A stretch of 64,000 bases of DNA from Mobula hypostoma (GCF_963921235.1 NC_086099.1:27032001-27096000); one strand, 5' to 3'. Shown: positions 50,401 to 63,120, counted from the first letter of the stretch. The notes: generated by a model from the sequence alone, not told the origin. Made by a program: numbers and translations.

Positions 50401-52297
50401 ATACATATGGAGCTCTCTCTTACAATACAACAGCTGTAAAGATCTATTTTACAGCAATAATAATTATGATGTTGAGCCAGATTATATTGCCTTCCTGCAT
50501 CATGATAATACAAGCATACTGGTGTATTAGAATGTATTTGCCTGACAATGTCTAACAGTTTTCTTGAACCATATAGTGCAGATTTATTACCAATATGATC
50601 CATGGGAAAAGAGGTTGAAAAAACTGTGGTCAATTTTTAACATTTTACTAGGATTTTCTTCTCTTTGAGAGTGGTTATAGTCCAGAAATCACTTCTAGAC
50701 CTTGTGTTGGGTGGTAGCATTAATTAATTCTGCTCCTACGTGTTATGGTTTTATGGTCTAAGGGAGCTGGAGAGCTATCTGAAGTGAAACGATTTGAAGT
50801 ACAGTGGAGAAAGGGTGGCAGAGTGGAACTGGCTGGATGCTTTTCACAGACCCACTAACACTCTCTGTGATTCTGTCTTAAAGGTTCAATCAGCTAAAAT
50901 AAGACAATTTCCAAGTCACATCTTGGTCTAATACCAGTGATGATCATACATCCAAATGTCCTTTCTCATATTAAATTCAAAATCTTTAATATGCAGAGGG
51001 GTGATGTGAGTTTAGCGATCATTTCTCTAAGTTTGCTCTTATTTCTTCCCTGACTCATGAAACAGAGAAACTTGAAAAACTGTTCTTTCATAGTATAATC
51101 CAACACTTTCTGTAGACCACCCAAGCACAATCCAGAGAGCAGTAACTGTTTTAAATATTTCTTTTCACGGGTGCAAGACTCTTTGTACTACCTTTCAGGG
51201 ATTTGCAGGATGCTTTCACAGAAGTCTTTTTTAAGGGAAAGAATTTCTGTCTCAATCACTATACTTTAGATATTAATATCATGAGCAATCAGAACTGTTC
51301 TTTTCTAAATCAAAACCTCTGATAACGTTTATAATTTTTTGTACTTCTATTTTCTGTACTTTAATTGTGCATTTTTATTTCAACTTTCAATAAGCTACTT
51401 CATAATTCTTTGATTGCTATACTTCAATATGTATTTATACAATCCATTCAAATGGCAACAACACATTCCCTCATTCTACACTTAGGTCTTGTCTGATCAA
51501 GCACGACATGGATTTGAAATGCCTTGCTTATAGAACTCAATTCCTAGTAATTCAAAGTTTGAGGTACATTTATTATCAAATTATGTAAACTTTAAACAAC
51601 TTAGTCTCTTTACAGGCAGCCACAAAGCAAAGAAACCCAGTAGAACCCATTAACAAAAGACCATCAGACACCCAATGTGCAGAAAAAAAAACAAATCATG
51701 CAAACAGAAGTAAGCAAATAACACTCAGAACTGATGTTCATGGAAATGAGTCCACAGCCATGAAAGGTTTTGATTTATGCACTTTTTTACTGAACAACTA
51801 CCCTGACTATTTTATTCATAAATAATTGGATTAGTATTGTGAATTGTTAGTGTGAATTTCATTGTTCACTCATCAGTTGTAACGTTGACTAATCCTTTTT
51901 CTTATATGGAAATATAGTGGAAAATATTGTCATTTTAAATTCCAGCTCTTAATATGCTTTAATCCATAGCCAATTAAAATTACGCAAAAAAAACTCAGTG
52001 TAATACCAAAGAAATGAAAGCCAAACTTAACAAAATGAAACCATTCCTGAAACTGCAACCATTAACAACAAAGAGCATGATCAGTTTTTTTGCCACTTTG
52101 AAAGATTCTTAACTTTTGTTTGAGGATACTTTGCCCTTAGTCAGTATTTGCAATTCTGCCATCATTCCATCGTCCCCCACCACTTTACTTACATGGTACG
52201 TTACTAACTCTATCAATCAAGGCTCCATTCTAGAAAGGCAGAACCCAGGAAAATGAACGCTGTTAACTTTTATGCTGAAAGAAATGTCAGGTACTTT

Positions 52298-52333
52298 AGT
52301 CCTGACGAAGGGTCTCGGCCTGAAACGTCGACT
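52298..52333 (+). ncRNA. Minimal hammerhead ribozyme motif, fully intact
   Basis: AGTC-CTGACGA-A-GGGT CTCG GCCT-GAAAC-GTC-GACT. Predicted cleavage is 3' of 52329. Confidence 0.82.
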
Positions 52334-52393
52334 GCGCCTCTTCCTACAGATGCTGCTTGGCCTGCTGCGTTCACCAGCAACTTTGATGTATGT
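52298..52393 (+). mobile_element. 96-bp PLE mini-insertion (hammerhead plus short tail)
   Basis: Exact 13-bp TSD TGTCAGGTACTTT (52285-52297, 52394-52406). Confidence 0.9.
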
Positions 52394-54554
52394 TGTCAGG
52401 TACTTTGTTTCTGCTTTGGCTGGTTGGACTTCATTCCAAATTCCAGCTTCCATTACTGGTTTCTTCCAACTTTAGAATCAGACCAGTAAGACCTGGAGAT
52501 TATCATATCAATATTTTGAATATAAAGATAAAATCTGCCTGCATTCAAATGGGCATAAAGCAATTATTTTTTTGACTTTTCTAATGCTGTAGTAAAGCAA
52601 GGTTACTACGGATCTCAGATCTAAAAGTCCAGTTTTATATCATGTTCTATGCTCATTGTTGACTTCAGCCTGGAGTTCCATAAAAAGAATGAAGTTGTAT
52701 TATATGTATTGGTTTGCATCACTACAGGATCTCAATTAATTTTTGACAATTGTCAAATACCATGCTCTGCTGTCTCAACGAGATATTAAAAAAAACAGCT
52801 TGAATGTATGTAACCTATTCAATGGAACTTACAGAGGCACTTAGTGTATAATATTAAAAATAACAAGCTCGGGATAGAGAGATCTGGGCATGACTGAAAA
52901 CTTGAACTGAGATAAATATCGAGTATTGAATGGATAAATATGATATAAGGTAAAAGTGCTTGGGAAGAAACTTAAGCATGTAAGTGCTAGGCGACTAAAA
53001 GGGTTAACATCTAATGAGGATGCAAACAGCAGGAGAAGAGAATGGATATAAAGACTGAGTTATTTGAGGCCCCTCTGGGACAGGCAATGGTTATGAAATT
53101 GAAGCAGTATATTTAGCAAAATAATTGAGAAAAACAGATAAAGTTTCTTTAAAGTTTTATGTGTACACATCTTTTAGGTGTCAGATTGATGTAAGTAGTA
53201 CATCTTGGGAAGATGAAGTTATTTTTCAATCATGATGCACTAATAAATGACGGCAAATTGAACGTTAATCATATTTATGTGTGTAAAGTGAACTTACGAT
53301 GTATCTGAAAACAGCGATCCAATGCTGTGGAGAGCTGTGTGAATATTTGAAATTCCTGGAATAGAAAACATTTCTTTTGTTTAAATTAATGATGAAATGC
53401 ATTGTTGAGCTGAGTTGCTGAGTCCATAAATCCAGCAGGAAAGAGAGTATATCCTGAGTTATTTTTTTAATTACACAGCAGGGTTCATTAATTTACATGT
53501 TTGCACATTCATTAACATTGATGAGACTCAGCAGATTAGGTTCCATTGGAGAATTAACCCCTGCAGAGCAGTGAGATGAGTGAAATGCCCTGTATGCAAT
53601 GGTATGTCAGGTCATGCACTTTAATGTTCTTGGATAGGTCCCCTTAAATCTTGGGAAAACAATTTGTTTTTTTGTAGGATCGAAATGTCTTCCGTGAAAT
53701 ACAAGGCAAAAGTAGCTTTCCTAAACCTGCTTCTATTTTTTCTTAAAAAAAAGTATCTTTCCCATGCAAAATGAAGAACAGGAGTGTCTAGAACTTCACT
53801 TTGTTTTATCAATGAAGTTAAAAGCCTCTAGGTGTTAGTATGGAAGGTTAAGAAAGACATGGAATCCTTTTCTGGAGTCATGTATCCTTAAAGATTTAAA
53901 GATTTGCTTTATATTTCACATGTACATTGAAAAATACAGTGAAATGCGTCATTTGCATCAAATCAAATTTGCAAGGATTGCGGTGGGCATCCTGAAATTG
54001 CTTCAATGCTCTGACGCCAACATAGCATGCCCACAACTCATTTACCCTAACCCGTACACATTCGGAATATGGAAGGAAAGTAGAGCACGGAGAGGAAATG
54101 TCAGACTTGTAATCATCGAACTTAGAAGTAAAATTGCTCACCTGCGAGCCTGTCTTCACAGAAGTGAAAAGAACAAGAATATTTCTTTAAAATGAGAAGA
54201 ATATTCTGGAAAATAAAATCTTTCTCTTTGGCTTTTGATTTAAGTTTTGGATGCATTTAGGCAGGTTCTTGAAGAAAAGTTGCTTCGGTGAGACCCTGTG
54301 CTGGTAAAGGAATGACTGGCAAGTGTGATGCATTGTAAATAATTCCATACAATGTATCTGATTCTAGGATCATTCTAGATCTAGAAAGAGGCCATTTGCC
54401 TCCTTATTTCTTTGTGAGTTGCTAGAAAGTGTATTCATGTATGGTCTCACAATCCATCTTTCTATTTCTAACCCTTTTGTTTTTCATCTTCAAATACCGT
54501 CCATGTGCCATTAATTCTCAAACTTAATTGTGGTTTCAATTTCTACTACATTTG

Positions 54555-54810
54555 GTAGAGGTTAGCACAATGCTTTACAGTACAGGTGACCTAGGTTCAA
54601 TTCTGTTAGCAGGTTGTAAACCGCATCGATTTCCTCTGGGAGCTCCAGTTTCCTCCCATAGTCCAAAGATGTTCCAGCTGTTAGGTTAATCGGTCAATTT
54701 AAATTTTCTTGTGATTAGGCTTGGAGTAAATTGGAGATTTGCTGGGCAGCGTGGCTCGAAGGGCCGGAAGGGCCTATTCTGTGCTGTATCTCAATAAATA
54801 AATAAATTTA
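54555..54810 (+). mobile_element. HE1-like V-SINE
   Basis: GGTTCAATTC, CTCCAGTTTCCTCCCATAGTCCAAAGA and (AATA)n tail. Confidence 0.75.
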
Positions 54811-55084
54811 ATGGTAGCAGGAATAATCTAAAGTGTTTGTTTAAGACTATGGTATCAAACAAAACTATTGATAAAATTCTAAACAGGAGTGTATGCTTTC
54901 CTCTTTTGCTGGGACTAACATCAAATTTTCTTACTAATTAAAGTATAAGAAATATTTTGCCTTTGGATGCAGCAGTAAAATCTTCCCACTGAAACCAAAC
55001 TCACTGACATATGATTAATGAGGTTAACAGTAATCTTGATTTATATCAGCCTGGTATCAGTCCCTTTAAATATTGCCAGAGCTC

Positions 55085-55945
55085 AGATTCAGAATTAGGT
55101 TTATTATCACTGGCATATGTTGTGAAACTTGTTGTTTTGTGACAGCAGAACAGTACAATACCATAAAATTATGTAACAGACTATGTAACCAGTTTCTTCC
55201 CCCAAGCCATCAGACTCCTCAATACCCAGAGCCCGGACTGACACCAACCTACTGTACCCTCTACTGTGCCTATTGTCTTGTTTATTATTTATTATTATTT
55301 ATTGTAGTGCCTGCACTGTTTTGTGCACCTTATGCAGTCCTGGGTAGGTCTGTAGTCTAGTGTAGTTTTTGTGTGTTTTCTTACATAGTTCAGTGTAGTT
55401 TTTGTATTGTTTCATGTAGCACCATGGTCCTGGAAAACGTTGTCTCATTTTTACTATGTTCTGTACCAGCAGTTATGGTTGAAATAACAATAAAAAGTGA
55501 TTTGACTTGACTTGACTTGAAATTATATAAAAATATATATCATTCAGGAATCTGATGGCTGGGGGGAAGAAAATGTTGTTAAGGTCGTCAGGCTCCTGTA
55601 CCTCCTCTCTGAGTAGAGGAGGTATCTTGGATAGTGAGGGTCTTTATTGATGGATACCACCTCCTGAGGCATCACACTGGCGGGGAGGCTAGTGCCCATG
55701 ATAGAGATGGCTGAGTCTATAACCGATCTTGTGCATTGCCTCCAAACGGTGATGCAACCGGTCAGAATGCTCTCTGCAGCTGAGGTTTGCAAGAGTCATT
55801 GGCAGTATGCCAAACCTCCTTGAACTCCTAATGAAATATAGCCACTTCCGCACCTTCTTTGTAATTGCATCAGTATGTTAGGCCCAGGATAGATCTTCAG
55901 AGAGGTTGACACCCAGGAACTTACAGCTACTACCCACTTTCTACT
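55085..55945 (-). mobile_element. Rex1/Babar fragment with a nested plus-strand Rex-like 3' end (about 55185-55520, (GACTT)n tail)
   Basis: ESILTGCITVW on the minus strand; nested SFFPQAIRLLN on the plus strand. Confidence 0.7.
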
Positions 55946-57410
55946 GAAAGATAGAATTAATATCAAATCCATTGTTAATTTTCTCATAGCTTTAGCACAT
56001 GAATTTGCTTTCCCACTGGGCCTGTAATGTTTCTTTGGTCCATTCCCCTGGGCAAAACCATGTGAATTCTTGATACTTTAAATACATCTCTAATTCCTAT
56101 CAATACTGGTCAAGTTGCTGAAGCTTGCAGAATGATTCTAAATCATGCTGCCACTTGGAAAACTGAGAGGTATCAGTCCACTGTTGGTCTTCCATCCCGC
56201 ATAATCTTTCAAAGCAGTGAAGTCATTGGAGAATAATACAGCACTCAGTAGGTTTTTTTTTTACCTCCTTGGACCTCCTGCCTGCAAATTAGATTAGAAA
56301 TTGGCTTGAACCCAAAATGGCGTAAAAAAAAGCTTTAAGAGAAACTTTTCTATTTCTTAAATTAAGGAAGCCATATCATTATTAAATAGGTCTAACCATT
56401 TCAACTGATAAAAAAATTATTACATATTCCTTCAAGTTCAATTTCAAGATTGTTTATTGTCATTCTTCAATACACAAGTGTAAAGGAGAACGAATTGATT
56501 GTTACTCTGGATCTAATACAGCACAAAAGAAACACAATAAGCATAAAAACACAATAAAAACACAGCAAATATAAATACAGAGGATTAGCTTAAATCCAGA
56601 GAATTCCTTTGATCCGAATTCTTTGTATTTCTTGAGCTAAAGCTTTTCTGCTTTTTTAAAGAATTCATGGAAATAATTTTCAAACGGTATTGCTAACAAA
56701 TATTTATTAGTTTAAATCCTTATTTTATAGATGAAAATCTTCTCAAAAGTTGAATTGAAATCAAGATATTATTCTTACTTATAGTTGTAAATAAAATATC
56801 AAATTAATGCATAAGGACATATGTGAAACAGTATTTCACTATTAATTTTACTAATAGCATGCAATATTTGCATCAGATTTCATGAAATCAGTTTCCCAAC
56901 ATGGAGAGCCTTTTAATTTACTGAATGTGGCATTTATTAGAAAAGATAAGCACAGTCATTGTCTCAACGCCAAAGCATCTTATAACTGAAACTATTTATT
57001 TCAATTTGGCCTTCAATCAAACAAATTTTCCTAAAAGTGAAATCACTCTTTCAGAAGTTAACTGGATAAATGCCATTTTTAGAACTTACTCTTATATCCA
57101 GAGAAACTCTGTATAACATCGTTTGTAGGCAAGCATTTAAAGCACCTCAATTGTGAAATGATTTATGGAATATTAATTAGCATACTTTATCCAATATGAG
57201 CATTTATTATAATTGAGATGAATAGATATTGAGCAACATATTTGAAGAAAATCACTTGTGAAGTGCATGATTGTCAGTAGCCAACCACCTGGCTCTTAAA
57301 CCAGACAGGATAATTTCACTTGCCCATCACTGAGCTGTTTCCATAACCAACGGACTCACTTTAAAGGACTTCATCTCACATTCTTGATTACTTTTGTTTA
57401 TTTATTATTT

Positions 57411-57626
57411 CTTTCTCAGCTCTAGCTGGTTAAACCTGAAGTATGGGCATAGCCAAGCACACCCATTTCTCTACTGCTAGAACCTTCTAGACTATTCTAG
57501 TAGTGTTGAGTATTGCGGCTTTCTGAAGATTTACATAGACTTTGCTGTGTAGCCCTAATTGTATAATGCTACTGTGTAGTGACTTTGGGATGACACCAGT
57601 TGTAGATATTACTGTCTGGATAATGT
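57411..57626 (-). mobile_element. R4/Dong-clade (RLE) non-LTR retrotransposon 3' fragment in a (TAA)n tract
   Basis: The minus strand translates IIQTVISTTGVIPKSLHSSIIQLGLHSKVYVNLQKAAILNTTRIV*KVL and is flanked by (TAT)n/(TAA)n on both sides. Confidence 0.7.
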
Positions 57627-58904
57627 ATTATTAGTATTATTATTATTATTTTTATTATTTATTTTTGTATTTGCAATTTGTTGTCTTTTGAACACTAGTT
57701 GTCTGCCCTGTTGGTGCGGTCTTTCATTGATTCTATTACAGTTATCAGAATCAGGTTTAATATCACTGGCAACAAACAAGAGAAAATCTGTATGTGTGTT
57801 GATTTAATATCACTAGCATATGTCATGAAATATGTTAACTTCATGGCAGCAGTACAATGATACATGATAAATAAATATAGAGAAAAAGCTGAATTACAAT
57901 AAGTATATGTATGTCTATTTAATAGATAAGTAGTGCAAAAAAACAGAAATAAAAAATGTAGTGAGGTAGTGTTCATGGGTTCAATGTCCATTTAGAAATC
58001 TGACGGCAGAGGGGAAGAAGCTGTTCCTGAATTGTTGTGTGTGTCTTCAGGCTTCTGTACCTCCTTTCTGATGGTAACAGTGAGTGGGCATAGATTATTG
58101 CGTATGACCGCAAGAAAATGAATCCCAAGGTTGTATATGGTGACAGATATGTACTTTGAACTTTGAACTTTTAACCAGTATCTATACCAAGTTAAATGTG
58201 CTAATGTAAGCAAAACAACCAATGGGCATGTGGAAAGTATCTTCATAAATGATCAATTTGTATGAGGTGCACAAATTTTAAAATAAGCCATGCAGCACGT
58301 TGTCCAAATGACCTTTTCAAATCTTTCTCTCTTTTGTAGCCTTTAACTGTAGTCAATGTCCTTTGCACTTTGTAGAGCTCTAATTAGTATATTCCAATTG
58401 TCTGCCACTGAACCAGATGGACCCATTGGCTACTCATTTTGGAGCCTCTTGAATATCGATCATAGCTAGTGAGGATAAAGACTTGAATTTATATATACCC
58501 TTTCACATCATTGTGAGAAACATTACGTCCAAGTGCATCACGGTAAGAAATGCTGTAGCCAATTAAAAGACAAGAAGCCCCCACAACGCGATACAAACTG
58601 TATAATATTGATTATTTGTCAACACTACTCTGTGGGATTAGAGTGTAAAATTATTATTTTTCTTGTAGCTTAACCTTTCCTTTGCCTACTTATGTTTTTA
58701 TATAATCATTTATTTATGTGTAATTGTTCAGGGAATTTTCCAATAATTGTAGTGTACACGATTCTGTGTTTCTCTAGAAGTTTCTTAGCTTTTCTGTATC
58801 AGATGTCACCCATTTAAATCTAAATATTTCATAGGTTAATTGTTACCACTGGAATCTCATGTTACCTTTGCAGTCTGAGTCAGTCTTTGTATAAGACAAG
58901 CAGC

Positions 58905-59190
58905 AAGGTAGCTTAGCAGTTAGTGCAATGTTTACAGCACCATCTGTACTATCAGGGTTAAATTCATGCAACTGCCTGCAAGGGCTTTGTACTCTCTCCT
59001 TGTGAATGTGTAGATTTCCTCCCGGGTGCTCCAGTTCCTTCCCACATTCCGAAGACATATGTTTAGGGTTAGTGAGCTGTGGGCATGCTATGTTGGTGAC
59101 AGAAGCATGGTAACACTCGCAGGTTGCAACATGATCCTCACTGATTTGATTTGATGTGGAATGACACATTTCACTATTTGCTTCAATGAA
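58905..59190 (+). mobile_element. HE1-like V-SINE
   Basis: TTTCCTCCCGGGTGCTCCAGTTCCTTCCCACATTCCGAAGAC V-domain. Confidence 0.75.
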
Positions 59191-59410
59191 CACAACACAA
59201 AAAAGCCCATCTTAAAGACAATCATGACTCCTTTGTTTTGCCTCTTTGTTTTGTTTGTTCTTACTAAACTTAATAGACCATCATAAGTAGCAAGTTTTAG
59301 CCTCATTCTTGACTTCCAAAGAGCCTCCAGACTGCAAAATCACCACATTCAACAACTCCAATCCTCTTGCTACCCACCTACTCTGTGTAATTTAATGACC
59401 TTCCATCATA

Positions 59411-59947
59411 TGGCCACTTTATTAGGTACACATGTACACCTGCTTGTTAATGCCAATACCTAATCAGCTAATCATGTGACAGCATCTCAATGCATAAAAG
59501 AATGCAGACATGGTCAAGAAGTTCAATTGTCCTTCAGACCAAACATCAGAATGGAGAAGAAATGTGATCCAGGAGACTTTAACCGTGGAATGATTGTTGG
59601 TGTCAGACGGGGTAATTTGAATGTCTCAGAAACAGCAGATCTCCTGGGACTTTCAAGCACAACATTCTCTAGAGATTAGGGATAAACAAAAACATCTAGT
59701 GAGCAGCAGTTCTGTGGTGAAAATGCCTTGCCAGTGAGAGAGGGCAGAGGAGAATGGCAAGAGTGGTTCAGGCTGACAGTAAACTCAAATAACTATGTGT
59801 TACTACATTAGCGTGCAGAAGAGCATCTCAGAATGCTCAACAGTGAACCTCGAAGTGAGTGAGCTGCAGTGGCAGAAGACCGGGAACATACACTAAGTGG
59901 CCACTTTATTAGGCACAAGAGGTAACAAATAAAGCGGCCACGGAGTG
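59411..59947 (+). mobile_element. Tc1 deletion derivative
   Basis: MEKKCDPGDFNRGMIVGVRRGNLNVSETADLLG transposase N-terminus and a terminal TIR-TIR cassette at 59891-59947. Confidence 0.85.
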
Positions 59948-60619
59948 TATTTCTGGGATGTGGAAAGAGCCCGGTCACAGGGAGAACATGGAAATTCCAC
60001 CCAGACAGCACTCAAGATCAAATTGAACCTGTGTCGCTGAAGTTGAGACAGCACTTGTGTTGATTGAAGGAAAAACATTCACTGACTTGGAAGTCAGTGG
60101 AACTGACTTTCAGAGGCTGAGTACTGACACTGCTGTCTCCATGTATCTGCTAAAGACAGAGGATGATTTTCGAGGTAATAACATAATAGTATTGCACTTC
60201 TTTGGGTTTTAACTGTCAGCAAATACGAGTTTCCTATGAAATCACAGAGCCTCTATTCTGTATGTCAGAAACAGCAAACGAGAAATAATCTCCTGAGAAG
60301 CCCTGCAGCAAAGGTTCATCCCATAACAATTGCCAATAAGTACAGGACACGGCAAGCTGTACAGTCCAAATAGAAAGATTGGTCTCGACACACCGCAGAT
60401 AAATAGAAATGTCAGTCTAGATTTCTGTGGTCACGTCTCTGGAGTGAGACTTCAACCCACAACTGGCTGACAAGCAAACAAAATTGCCATGCAATGAACC
60501 ATGACTTCACCAAAGTCAATAGAGTAAAGATACTCTTTTGACAAGTAAAGAAAACTCTGGAATACAATTAAAAATTTTTTTTTTCTTTGATTTGTGGTTT
60601 AAATGAACTTTGAGTTTGT

Positions 60620-61230
60620 AAAGTCACAGAGCACTCCAGCAGAGAAGCAGCCACTACAGCCCATCTTGACCATGCTGAACTGCTATACTACTGAGTACCA
60701 TTGACCTACACCAGGACCATAGCCCTCCATACCCCTCCTATCTATGCACTTATCCAATTTTCTCTTAAATGTCACAGTCAAACCTACATCCACCATTTCC
60801 ACTGGCACCTTGTTCTACATTCTCTCCACCCTTGAGTGAAAATGTTCCTCTCTCATTTCCCCTTTCACCTTTCACCTTTCAACCTTAACCTATGACATCT
60901 AGTTCTAGTTCCACCCAACCTCAATGGAAAAAGCCTATTTATAGCCTTCATGATTTTATATACCTCCATCAAATCTCCTGTCATTCTCCTTCACTCCCAG
61001 GAATCAAATCCTAACCCATTTAGCCTTTCCCCGTGACTCAGGTCCTCAATTCCCTGCAACATCCTTGTAAATTTTCCCTGTACTCTTCCAACCACATTGA
61101 TATCTTTCCTGCAGGTAGATGACTACAATTGCACACAATACTCCAAATTTTATCTTACCTGCATCTTATACAACTTCAACATAACATCTCAATTCCTGTA
61201 CTCAATAGTCTGATTCATAAAGACCAATGT
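60620..61230 (-). mobile_element. CR1 3' fragment, degenerate
   Basis: Similar to the CR1 3' ends at 47690-48030 and 13630-13800, with RT C-terminal remnants. Confidence 0.7.
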
Positions 61231-61818
61231 GCTAAAATAAAATCTTATTACAATGTTCTCTATTTTGTGAAACTGAATGTGTATTTCCAGATCTCAATAT
61301 TCTTCTGCATTCCTCAGGTTATGCATAATTGTGGAATTTTTGACATTTCTAGCACAGAAGTAAGTCACCTGACCTATCATTTCCATTCAGGCTGTTTGAA
61401 AGTGTGTTCATGGTGGTCTCACATTCCCTCTTTTTATTTCACGCGCTTAGAGTTCTTCATCCTCACATACCTGTCCCTATCTTTCTAAAAATTAATTGTG
61501 GTTTCAATTACCACTCTTCTCTTCTGGTAAAGCTTTGGAAAGTAAAGGGCAAAATGGTGGCAGGAGTAATCCAAGGTGTTTGTTTCAGCGCATGGATTCA
61601 ACGCAGTCTATTAACAAAACTGTTAATTTAGTGGCAATTTATTCTACTGTATCATCATAGTGACATGGGAGTAAAGCTTCATTTTGCAAACCAAACTCTG
61701 AATGTGTAGGAATTAGTATTAAATGAATGAAGAAATGCTGTAAACTCTTGAATAAAGATGTGCTAATACCCTGTAAAATACGCACTCATTCTGAATTTTC
61801 TCTTTCTCCTCAAACTAG

Positions 61819-61936
61819 ACCCTCCAGTAGCACCCACCGTAGTCTGCAGATCAAACGCCTACCCTGACACATTCTACTGCACATGGCAACTCTCAGGCCC
61901 AACTTACATCCCAACGGAATTTGACATCTCCGTAAG
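61819..61936 (+). CDS. cntfr: Internal coding exon of a CNTFR-like class I cytokine receptor alpha chain (first cytokine-binding FN3 domain)
   Basis: Polypyrimidine acceptor ttttctctttctcctcaaactAG ends at 61818 and donor AAG|GTTTGT starts at 61937. The 118-nt phase 1/2 exon reads xPPVAPTVVCRSNAYPDTFYCTWQLSGPTYIPTEFDISV, with the C-x10-CxW signature. It aligns without gaps to human CNTFR PPREPVLSCRSNTYPKGFYCSWHLPTPTYIPNTFNVTV (recalled; about 21/38 identical). Ortholog versus paralog is unresolved. Confidence 0.85.
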
Positions 61937-62431
61937 GTTTGTCTGCCATAGCTTCTTCTGTTATATTGCTACTGATGTATTACTTTACCGGGAAAAAAAC
62001 CACTTTAAGCTTGAGGCTGAATTAGTTGATTCCTTCCAAAAACAAGTTGATGTAAACCTCTTGTTACAAACAAAACCAAAGTCTTCTTTTTAAAATGTGT
62101 ACTGCCTACAGGACAATAAAATGTCTCACAGTATAGAAAGCTGCTTAGGCAATATGGGAATAGATGGATGGATGAGCACAGTGACAATAAGAGAATATCA
62201 CCCTTTTGGAAGATTAAGTAGGCTGAGCAGTCTGCCTCAGACGGAAATTGCAAACTGGCTTTGAAATTAATGAACTTAGTGGGATGAGTAAACTGCTCCT
62301 TATTCAATCCGTTTTTTATTCACCTGGTATCTCATATAGATTAGTGCTACAAAAACAAAAATGTGGTACAAAACTCTTCAATGTGTGCAAGCTGCTCGCA
62401 TTTCAAGAGCCAAATGTTATTTACAGTACGA

Positions 62432-63120
62432 CTATAAGACCATAAGACTTAGAAGAAGAATTATGCCATTCCATCCATCGAGTCTGCTCCACCATTCCAT
62501 CGTGGCTGATCCCAGATCCCACTTAACACCATACATCTGCCTTCTCGCCATTTCCTTTGATGTCCTGGCCGATCAGGAAACAATCAACTACCATCTTAAA
62601 TATATGCGTGGACTTGGCCTCCACCGCAGTCTGTGGCAGAGCATTCCACAGACTTACTACACTCTAGCTAAAAACATTCCTCCTTACCTCTGCTCTAAAG
62701 GGTCGCCCCTCAATTTTGAGGGTGTGCCCTCTAGTTGTGGATACCCCCACCACAGAAAACATCCTCTCTACATCCATCCTATCTAGTCCTTTCAGCATTC
62801 GATAGGTTTCAATGAGATCCCCCGCCGCCCTGCATTCTTCTAAATTCCAGTGAGTACAGGCCCAAAGCTGCCAAACGCTTCTCATATGTTAATCCCTACA
62901 TTCTCAGAATCATCCTCATGACCTCCCCTGGACTCTCTCCAATGACAGCACATCCTTTCTGAGATATGGAGCCCAAAACTGTTGACAATCCTCTAAGTGT
63001 GGCGTGACTAGTGTCTTATAAAGGTTCAGTATTTTCTCCTTGATTTTATATTCTATTCCCCTTGAAATAAATGCCAACATTGCAATTGCCTTCTTTACCA
63101 CAGACTCAACCTGTAAGTTA
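62432..63120 (-). mobile_element. CR1 (HER1-like) 3' fragment
   Basis: (CCATAAGA)n tail; VKKAIAMLAFISRGIEYK...LERVQ and GDLIETYRMLKGLDR. Confidence 0.9.

Noticed and set aside
61318-61359. 42-nt AG...GTAAGT candidate micro-exon near the CNTFR-like exon
   Set aside because: The phase-1 frame needed to join the downstream exon contains a stop (TAA).
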